From positions 1 through 53,273 of the forward strand of contig DAIENX010000041.1 in assembly GCA_027340875.1 (NCBI GenBank): a stretch of 53,273 nt of DNA, given 5' to 3'. The notes beneath the pieces were generated by a model that saw only the letters and a list, made by a program, of their open reading frames with translations, searched no databases and was not told the DNA's origin. Source of the DNA: Elusimicrobiota bacterium (lineage in GTDB: Bacteria > Elusimicrobiota > Elusimicrobia > Elusimicrobiales > UBA9959). How positions within the stretch are numbered: the stretch's first letter is position 1; each line of letters opens with the position of its first letter. The translations under genes and the position numbers were made by a program. Shown piece by piece: positions 46,470 through 53,273 of the stretch.

Positions 46470-47387
46470 CTAAGGACGCCTGATGAGGTCGCGGAGCAGC
46501 AGGGCCTCCCTGGCGTTCTCTGCCTGGGGCCCCCTCAGCGCGGCTTTCAGCTCAGGACCGGCCTCCGGCAGGGAGGAATAGCCGAGGCAGGAAACCGCCT
46601 CGGCCGCGAGGCCCCCCCCGGCGGAAGCCAGGCGGGACAGGTAGACGAAGCCCTTCCTGTCCCCTAGCCGCGACAAAGCGCAGGCGGCGTAAAGCCGGTC
46701 CTCCTTGCCGGGGCCCAGGTCCAGCGCCTCCCGCATTTTCGGCTGCAGGTCCTTTAACCCGGCCATGGACGAAAGCAGGAAACCGGCGCCGCGCAGTTCC
46801 GGCGCCTTTTCAGCGGCCAGGCCGGCGCTGATATCGCGTATGCGCCCTTCTAAAGGGCCGGCGTCGAAACCGAGCAGCACGGCCATGCCCGCCTCTATGG
46901 CGGCCTGGCTCCTGGCGGCCGGCACGGCCGAAGCCGACGCCGCCAGCAGCCTGTCGAAGATCTCCCTCGAGGCTACGGGGTCCTTCTCGGCGCGCAGCCA
47001 GGACCCGGCCGCCTTGGCCGCCGCGTAGGCCACCTTCTCCTTTTCGCTCGAAAGCAGGCGCAGCGCGTCCATTTTGTCGGATACCGGCAGGAAGCGCTGG
47101 GCGGACATCTTATCCAGCGAATAAACGGCGCCGCCGTAAGCCGAGAAGACCGTCTCCTTGCGCGGCTCAGGGAGCGCCGGTTTCGCAGCGCTGTGGTGCA
47201 GCCCGCGGTAGAGCACGAAGGCGCCGCAGGCCAGCAGTATCAGCCCGGGCGCCAGGTCCGGGACCGCACGCCGCCGGCGCGGTTCGGGCTCGGCGGTACA
47301 GGCGACCGCTGCCAGGTCCCGGCCGCAGATGGCGCATTTATCCCCGGGGCCGCGGTTGACGTAGCCGCACGACGGACATTTCTTCAC
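46470..47387 (-). CDS. zinc-ribbon, TM and HEAT-like repeat protein
   Basis: CPSC-x10-CAIC, hydrophobic helix, Ala-rich helical repeats; GTG start overlapping the mtaB stop. Confidence 0.7.
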   Translation of the reverse strand: MKKCPSCGYVNRGPGDKCAICGRDLAAVACTAEPEPRRRRAVPDLAPGLILLACGAFVLYRGLHHSAAKPALPEPRKETVFSAYGGAVYSLDKMSAQRFLPVSDKMDALRLLSSEKEKVAYAAAKAAGSWLRAEKDPVASREIFDRLLAASASAVPAARSQAAIEAGMAVLLGFDAGPLEGRIRDISAGLAAEKAPELRGAGFLLSSMAGLKDLQPKMREALDLGPGKEDRLYAACALSRLGDRKGFVYLSRLASAGGGLAAEAVSCLGYSSLPEAGPELKAALRGPQAENAREALLLRDLIRRP

Positions 47388-48628
47388 CGGACGGCCTCCG
47401 CCAAGCAGCACCCGGCGCGGGCCGCCGTGACCCTGCAGTCGAACAAGGTCCCCGGCCTGCGGTGGCCTTCCAGCTCGACGTTGACGAAATTAGAGGCCAG
47501 CGCCTGGCAGCGCCCCGCCTTGTTCCGGAGAGCCAGCACGGACAGTTCTCTGCCCAGCTGCGAGGCGGCGAAGGCGGCGCGCAGCTCGCCGTCCAGCCGC
47601 CGCAGCGCCGCCGAGCGCGACGCTACCGTTCCGGGCGGCAGCGGCTTCAGCGCGGCCGCCCTGGTCCCCGGCCGCGGCGAGAAGCTGAAGACGTGGAGGC
47701 CGGAAAGGCCCAGCCCGCGCACGAAGGCGAGCCCGGCGGTGAAATCCTCGTCCGTCTCGGTGGGATAGCCGGCGATGATGTCCGCGTATATCCCCACTCC
47801 GGGGAAAAGCTTCCGCAGCTCGCGGACCTTCGCCGCGTAGCGGCCCGTGTCGAACGGACGCGACATCTCCCCGAGCACCTTATCGGAACCGGCCTGCAGC
47901 GGAAGGTGGAAATAGTCGCAGAACTTCCCGCCGCCGGCGCAAAGCACGGTAAGCAGGCCGGGAGTGAGCTCTCCGGGCTCTATGGACGAAAAACGCACGC
48001 GGAAATCCCCGCTCAGGGAGAGCAGCCGCTTTACCAGCCCTGCCAAGTCCGTACCGGTTTTCGGGCAGCGGTATCTGCCCAGCCTGGTGCCGCAGAGCAC
48101 CAGCTCGGAAAAGCCGCCTTCAACGAGCCGCGAGGCTTCGGAAACGGCGGCCTCCAGCGGTTTGGACTTCAGCTCGCTGCGCGCCAGGTTCACCAGGCAG
48201 TAGGCGCATTTCAGGTCGCAGCCGTCCTGCACCTTCACGAAGGCCCTGGCCTTGCCGTGGAACTTCGTGACCGGGAAAAAGTCCGCGCCCGTCTCCCCGC
48301 CGCAGAAGGCGGAAGTTATCTTCTCTTTATCGGAGTTGGAGAAAAGGGAGGCCCGGGGCGCGGCCCGCAGTATCTTCTCCGGCTCCAGCGTGGCCAGGCA
48401 GCCGGTGACGGCAATGGAAGCTTTCGGGTTGGCGGCCGCGGTCCTGCGCAGGAAGGCCAGGCAGTCCCGGTCCGCCTTGGCCGTCACCGAGCAGGTGTTC
48501 AGCACCACCAGGTCTGCCTCTTCCGGCGCGGCTGCGGCCGTATGCCCCATGGCGGCGAACTTCTCGCGGAGGCTTTCGGTCTCCACCTGGTTCACGCGGC
48601 AGCCTACGGTCTTGAAATATACTTTCAT
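47384..48628 (-). CDS. mtaB: tRNA t6A37 methylthiotransferase (MiaB/MtaB radical SAM)
   Basis: GCRVNQ, NTCSVT, VTGC, KVQDGCDLKCAYC, SSIEP, HVFSFSPRPGT. Confidence 0.88.
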   Translation of the reverse strand: MKVYFKTVGCRVNQVETESLREKFAAMGHTAAAAPEEADLVVLNTCSVTAKADRDCLAFLRRTAAANPKASIAVTGCLATLEPEKILRAAPRASLFSNSDKEKITSAFCGGETGADFFPVTKFHGKARAFVKVQDGCDLKCAYCLVNLARSELKSKPLEAAVSEASRLVEGGFSELVLCGTRLGRYRCPKTGTDLAGLVKRLLSLSGDFRVRFSSIEPGELTPGLLTVLCAGGGKFCDYFHLPLQAGSDKVLGEMSRPFDTGRYAAKVRELRKLFPGVGIYADIIAGYPTETDEDFTAGLAFVRGLGLSGLHVFSFSPRPGTRAAALKPLPPGTVASRSAALRRLDGELRAAFAASQLGRELSVLALRNKAGRCQALASNFVNVELEGHRRPGTLFDCRVTAARAGCCLAEAVR

Positions 48629-48775
48629 AACTTGCCAGGCGCGGCCCCGGCACCCGCCGGCCGCAGCTACATTTTACAATTTTGCCGCCTATCCCTTCCC
48701 TCCGCACGTCACCGTCTCGCCGCGGGCCGGAGAGCCGGGCGTTCGTAACTTAAGTTAAGTGTCACCGAAATATGA

Positions 48776-48804
48776 TTGTAACACCCGGTAGATTATGATA
48801 TATT
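48776..48804 (+). promoter_or_regulatory. promoter TTGTAA-N17-TATATT for the response regulator
   Basis: Hexamers at 48776-48781 and 48799-48804; a perfect palindrome TAACTTAAGTTA lies at 48746-48757. Confidence 0.5.
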
Positions 48805-48831
48805 CGAGTATTAGGGTTTTTAGGGGTTTCT

Positions 48832-49254
48832 ATAGCTAAAATATTGGTAGTAGAAGATGAGAAGTCCGTACAGGACCTCGTAAAATACTGTCTCGAAGCC
48901 GACGGTTACATGGTGGTAACCGCCGATGACGGAAAGATGGCCAGCAGCTGGATAAAGGAGATCAAGTTCGACCTCGCCATACTGGACCTCTGCCTGCCGG
49001 ACGCCAATGGCATAGAGATCTGCGCTTCTATAAAGGAAGACCCCAAGACCCGTGCCACGCCGGTGATAATCCTGACCGGCAACTCCTCCAACGAGGCCAG
49101 GATCAAGAGCAATCTCGAAGCCAAAGCGGACCTCTTCCTGAACAAGCCGATCTCGCCGGACGACCTCAGGAGCGCCGTGAAGACGATGCTGGCCGCGGCG
49201 GAGAAGAAGAAGCTGCTGCTGCGCAACTCCATCCGCACCAAATTAGGGGAATGA
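48832..49254 (+). CDS. single-domain response regulator, probable ATA start
   Basis: (M)AKILVVEDE, LDLCLPDANG, IILTG, NKP. Confidence 0.8.
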   Translation: MAKILVVEDEKSVQDLVKYCLEADGYMVVTADDGKMASSWIKEIKFDLAILDLCLPDANGIEICASIKEDPKTRATPVIILTGNSSNEARIKSNLEAKADLFLNKPISPDDLRSAVKTMLAAAEKKKLLLRNSIRTKLGE

Positions 49255-49965
49255 TCAGCCCAGCCTGGTGAGCAGGGCGGAGGCGGCGGCCAGGCAGGCC
49301 GTTTCCGCCCTCAACGTGTAAAGACCCAGGTTCATGAAGCCCGCTCCCTTGGAGCGGGCGAAGTCCAGCTCGCCCTTGGTGAACCCGCCCTCGGGCCCCA
49401 CGAAAAGCTTGATCTCCCTGGCCCCGGCCAGGGCCTTCGCGGCCGCGTCCGGACTCTGGCCGCCAGAGGACGCGAACACGCACACGCCGCCGGAAGCCAG
49501 CAAGTCGTCGAGCTTCTCCGGCTTCCTCAACTGCGGCAGGAAGCCCCGGCCGCACTGCTTGGAGGCGGCCGCCGTTATCTGCTCCAGGCGGGAGGCGCGG
49601 CGCTCCCAGTCGCTGAAGAGGTCGAACTGCACCCGCGAGGCCATCACCGGCTGAAAGACGCCCACGCCGGCCTCGGTGCAGTGCTCAAGGATGCTCTCCA
49701 GCGCCGGCCTGGCCACCACCGCGAAGCAGAGAGTGAGCCTGGTGGCATACTCCGGGCTGGGGAGCTTTTCCTTCACCTTGCCGGTGACGCGGTCGCCGGA
49801 AACGAAGGTTATCTCGGCCCGGTAGCGGCTGCCGGCCCCGTCGAAGATGTCTATCTCGTCCCCTACCCTGACGCGGGCCGCGCGGGCTATATGGTTGGCC
49901 TCGTCGGGGCCGGCGAAGAACTCGCCGTCGCGGATATTCCCGGGAGGTATAAGGTATTGCGGCAT
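49255..49965 (-). CDS. rsmE: 16S rRNA m3U1498 methyltransferase
   Basis: TEAGV, AASKQCGR, VGPEGGF, LG..TLRAETA. Confidence 0.92.
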   Translation of the reverse strand: MPQYLIPPGNIRDGEFFAGPDEANHIARAARVRVGDEIDIFDGAGSRYRAEITFVSGDRVTGKVKEKLPSPEYATRLTLCFAVVARPALESILEHCTEAGVGVFQPVMASRVQFDLFSDWERRASRLEQITAAASKQCGRGFLPQLRKPEKLDDLLASGGVCVFASSGGQSPDAAAKALAGAREIKLFVGPEGGFTKGELDFARSKGAGFMNLGLYTLRAETACLAAASALLTRLG

Positions 49966-49969
49966 CAGG

Positions 49970-51088
49970 TCACCCGAGTATCTTCTTGAAGAAGCCCTTC
50001 TCCTTGTCAGGCTGGACCTCGGCGCCTTCCAGTTTCGCCAGCTCTTCGTACAGCTCGCGCTGGCGTTGGGAAAGATCGTGCGGCACCTCCAGCTTCACCC
50101 TCACCAGCAGGTCGCCGCGCCCCTTGCCCCCGGGCGAGGGCATGCCCTTCTCGTGCACGCGGAACACCTTACCGTGCTGGGTAGCCTGCGGGACCCGGAT
50201 CTTGACCCGCCCGCCGTCTATGACCGGCACCTCGGTCTCGCCGCCCAGGGCGGCCTGCCAGACCGGCACGGGGCAGTCGTAGATCAGGTCGCGCCCCTGC
50301 CTCTCGAAATGCGGATGGTGCTTCAGGTTTACCTGTATATAGAGGTCCCCGGAATCCCCGCCGCGCAAGCCCGCGTCGCCGCCGCCGGAAACGCGCAGTA
50401 CCGAACCCTCCTCCACTCCGGCCGGGATCTTAACGTTGATGGAGGCGCTCTTCTTCTGGCGACCGGCTCCGCCGCAGGCCTTGCACGGGCTGGAGATCAC
50501 CTCGCCCTGGCCGCCGCAGTCCGGGCAGGCCTGGCTGAAGGCGAAGAAGCCCTGCGAGTACTGGACGCGGCCGCTGCCGTGGCAGGTGGGGCATTTCTTG
50601 ATGCCTCCCCTGCCGCGGGCGCCGGTGCCGTCGCATTCCTGGCAGACCTCGGTGCGCTCGAAGTTCACCGGCAGCTTCACGCCGGTGAACGCCTCCTCCA
50701 GGGTTATCGAAGCCTCGTACTTCAGGTCGGCGCCGCGCCTGGAGCGGGGCCTGCCGCGGCCGCCGCCCTGGCCCTGGAAAAGATTCTCGAACAGGTCCCC
50801 GAACATGTCGCCGAGGTCGGCCCCCTGGAACCCCCCGAAGCCTCCGCGCCCGCCGGCGCCGGCCTTGAGGCCTTCCGCGCCGAACTGGTCGTAGACCTGC
50901 CGCTTCTGCGGGTCGGAGAGTACCTCGTAGGCCTCGTTGATGTCCTTGAAGGTGGTCTCCGCCTCCTTGTTCCCCTGGTTGCGGTCCGGGTGGTACTTCA
51001 GCGCGAGCTTCCGGTAGGCGGACTTGATCTCGTCGTGGCCGGCGTTGCGCGCCACGCCGAGAATGCGGTAATAATCGTTGGATGCCAT
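49970..51088 (-). CDS. dnaJ: chaperone DnaJ
   Basis: J domain with HPD, G/F region, four CxxCxGxG repeats. Confidence 0.97.
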   Translation of the reverse strand: MASNDYYRILGVARNAGHDEIKSAYRKLALKYHPDRNQGNKEAETTFKDINEAYEVLSDPQKRQVYDQFGAEGLKAGAGGRGGFGGFQGADLGDMFGDLFENLFQGQGGGRGRPRSRRGADLKYEASITLEEAFTGVKLPVNFERTEVCQECDGTGARGRGGIKKCPTCHGSGRVQYSQGFFAFSQACPDCGGQGEVISSPCKACGGAGRQKKSASINVKIPAGVEEGSVLRVSGGGDAGLRGGDSGDLYIQVNLKHHPHFERQGRDLIYDCPVPVWQAALGGETEVPVIDGGRVKIRVPQATQHGKVFRVHEKGMPSPGGKGRGDLLVRVKLEVPHDLSQRQRELYEELAKLEGAEVQPDKEKGFFKKILG

Positions 51089-51132
51089 ATGAGGTAAAAG
51101 GGACCCTGCGTTCTCGCGGCCGGAAAGCCGCG

Positions 51133-51163
51133 GGCGGATAGCGGGTCGCGCCCGCTATCCGCC
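51133..51163. other. perfect 13-bp hairpin between dnaK and dnaJ (probable mRNA-stabilising or attenuating stem)
   Basis: GGCGGATAGCGGG-TCGCG-CCCGCTATCCGCC; no U-tract. Confidence 0.6.
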
Positions 51164-51180
51164 GGCTGACGGCTTACGGC

Positions 51181-53052
51181 TTACTTCTTGTTCTCGTCCA
51201 CCACTTCCGCGTCCACTACGTCGTCCTTGGCGCCCGCGGAGGCCTTGGCCCCCTCCGGCGCGGGACCCGCGCCGGAGGCTCCGGCCTTGCCGGCCTTCTC
51301 CTGCGCGGCCTTGTAGACGGCCTCGCCCAGCTTCTGCGAGGCGGCCAGCAGCGCGTCCTTGGCCTTCTTTATCTTCTCGATGTCGTCGCCCTTCAGGGCT
51401 TCCTTCAGCTCGCCCATCGCGCGGTCCACCGCCAGGCGCTCGTCCTGGCTGATCTTGTCGCCGTGCTCCTTCAGCGCCTTCTCGGTGGTGTAGAGGATGG
51501 TGTCGGCCTCGTTCTTGACCTCCACCTTCTCCTTGTACTTCTTGTCCGAATCGGCGAACTGCTCGGCCTGCTTGACGAACTTGTCGATGTCCTCCTTCGA
51601 CAGCTTGTTCGGGGCGGATATCGTTATATGCTGCGCCTTGCCGGTGCCGAGGTCCTTGGCGTGCACCTGCAGGATGCCGTTGGCGTCGATGTCGAACGTC
51701 ACCTCTATCTGCGGCATGCCGCGCGGGGCCGGCGGAATGCCGTCCAGGTCGAACTTGCCGAGCGACACGTTGTCGCCGGCCATAGCGCGCTCGCCCTGCA
51801 GCACGTGTATCGTCACGGCCGGCTGGTTGTCCGAGGCCGTGGAGAAGACCTGCGACTTCTTGGCCGGTATCGTAGTGTTCTTGTCTATCAGGCGCGTCAT
51901 CACGGAGCCCAGCGTCTCGATGCCCAGGGACAACGGGGTGACGTCGAGCAGCAGCACGTCCTTGACGTCGCCGGTCAGCACGGCGGCCTGCACGGCGGCG
52001 CCCGAGGCCACGCACTCCATCGGGTCTATGCCGCGCTCTATCTTCTTGCCGACGTACTCCTCCACGAACTTCTGCACTATGGGCATGCGGGTCGGTCCGC
52101 CTACCAGGATGATGCGGCTGATGTCGGAGCTCTTGTGCTGGGCGTCGGCCAGCGCGGTGGTGATGGACTTCTCGCAGCGCTTGCCGATGGAGTCCACGAT
52201 GGCCTCCAGCTTGGAGCGGCTGAGCTTCAGCGCCATGTGCTTCGGGCCGGAGGCGTCCGCCGAGATGAACGGCAGATTGACCTCGGTCTCCATAGTGGTG
52301 GAGAGCTCTATCTTGGCCTTCTCGGCAGCTTCCTTGATGCGCTGCATCGCGGTCGGGTCCTTCGTCAGGTCGATGCCGGTGTCCTTGCGGAACTCGCCGG
52401 CCACGTACTCTATCAGCGCGTTGTCCATGTCGGTGCCGCCGAGCTGGGTGTCTCCGGAAGTGGAGATCACGTCGAACGTGCCCTCCTTGCCGAGCTCCAT
52501 GATGGTCACGTCCAGCGTGCCGCCGCCGAGGTCGAAGACCATGATCTTCTGGTCCTTGCCTTCCTTGTCTATGCCGTAGGCGAGCGCGGCCGCGGTGGGC
52601 TCGTTGACGAGGCGCACCACCTCGAGGCCGGCTATCGTGCCGGCGTCCTTGGTGGCCTGGCGCTGGTTGTCGTTGAAGTAGGCCGGCACGGTGATGACGG
52701 CCTTCTCCACCTTGTCGCCGAGGAAAGCCTCGGCGTCGCGCTTGACCTTCTGCAGCAGGAACGCGCTGAGCTGCTGCGGCGTGAACTCCTTGCCGCCGAT
52801 ATTGTACTTGTGGTCGGTGCCCATCATGCGCTTAAACGCGGCGGCTGTTCCGCCGGGGTTGGCGACGGCCTGCCTGCGGGCGGGCTCGCCCACCAGCATC
52901 TGCCCGTCTTTCGCGAAAGCCACGTAGGAGGGGAAAGCCTTCCCGCCCAGCGTCGTGCCCTCGGCCGAAGGGATGATGGTGACTTTTCCGCCTTCCATCA
53001 CCGCCGCCGCCGTATTCGAAGTTCCAAGGTCTATGCCTATTATTTTTGCCAT
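51181..53052 (-). CDS. dnaK: chaperone DnaK
   Basis: [35 protein letters not shown]. Confidence 0.99.
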   Translation of the reverse strand: MAKIIGIDLGTSNTAAAVMEGGKVTIIPSAEGTTLGGKAFPSYVAFAKDGQMLVGEPARRQAVANPGGTAAAFKRMMGTDHKYNIGGKEFTPQQLSAFLLQKVKRDAEAFLGDKVEKAVITVPAYFNDNQRQATKDAGTIAGLEVVRLVNEPTAAALAYGIDKEGKDQKIMVFDLGGGTLDVTIMELGKEGTFDVISTSGDTQLGGTDMDNALIEYVAGEFRKDTGIDLTKDPTAMQRIKEAAEKAKIELSTTMETEVNLPFISADASGPKHMALKLSRSKLEAIVDSIGKRCEKSITTALADAQHKSSDISRIILVGGPTRMPIVQKFVEEYVGKKIERGIDPMECVASGAAVQAAVLTGDVKDVLLLDVTPLSLGIETLGSVMTRLIDKNTTIPAKKSQVFSTASDNQPAVTIHVLQGERAMAGDNVSLGKFDLDGIPPAPRGMPQIEVTFDIDANGILQVHAKDLGTGKAQHITISAPNKLSKEDIDKFVKQAEQFADSDKKYKEKVEVKNEADTILYTTEKALKEHGDKISQDERLAVDRAMGELKEALKGDDIEKIKKAKDALLAASQKLGEAVYKAAQEKAGKAGASGAGPAPEGAKASAGAKDDVVDAEVVDENKK

Positions 53053-53101
53053 ATTAGTTTCCTCCAGTCTTAAAATTAAATCTCCTGCACCCGCTTCGCA
53101 T

Positions 53102-53272
53102 TCACAGATCTTCCGGCTGCAGCCCGTCCGGGCCTTCAGGCTCTTCGCAGGCGGGCGCCGGCTCCGCCGCCGCTTTTTTCTTGGCTATCTTAACGCGCGA
53201 GGGGCGCAGTATCTTGTCCCCGTAATAAAAGCCCCTCTGGAGCTCCTCCACCACCCGCCCGTCGTTCTCGTC
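53102..53272 (-). CDS. grpE: GrpE, C-terminal part (truncated by the window edge)
   Basis: Manual translation [31 protein letters not shown]...; directly upstream of dnaK. Confidence 0.9.
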   Translation of the reverse strand, partial: DENDGRVVEELQRGFYYGDKILRPSRVKIAKKKAAAEPAPACEEPEGPDGLQPEDL

Positions 53273-53273
53273 G

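Noticed and set aside
51463..53073. 536-aa plus-strand ORF opposite dnaK
   Set aside because: Long antisense ORFs opposite dnaK are a known codon-bias artefact.

Overview
High-GC bacterial chromosomal segment, diderm (Lol-type ABC, TolC/MacAB, beta-barrel OMPs). Gene content and order suggest Elusimicrobiota, but this is an unverified guess. Most genes are on the minus strand. Housekeeping genes: grpE (partial)-dnaK-dnaJ-rsmE, mtaB, topA, xerC, lysS, lolC/D, mcsA/mcsB, ndk, murQ, dacB, tolC-macA-macB. A competence-like block (comM, TsaP-like LysM protein, dprA) is followed by topA, an AraC response regulator, a receiver-PilB/GspE fusion ATPase and a soluble PAS kinase. A ~4.3 kb lower-GC islet (33.6-37.9 kb) encodes an XRE regulator plus five exported proteins. 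The best candidate for an undescribed system is a tightly packed six-gene operon (46377->37951) with its own promoter and terminator. It encodes (1) a PopZ-like acidic disordered scaffold, (2) a DnaA-derived AAA+ protein lacking the arginine finger, sensor II and the DNA-binding domain, (3) a GAF histidine kinase, and (4-6) three FlgT/GNA1162/CsgG-type lipoproteins. Proteins 1 and 2 appear by eye to share an unrecognised ~115-aa C-terminal domain. I saw no rRNA, tRNA, CRISPR array or transposase. All family calls come from motif reading, not database searches.
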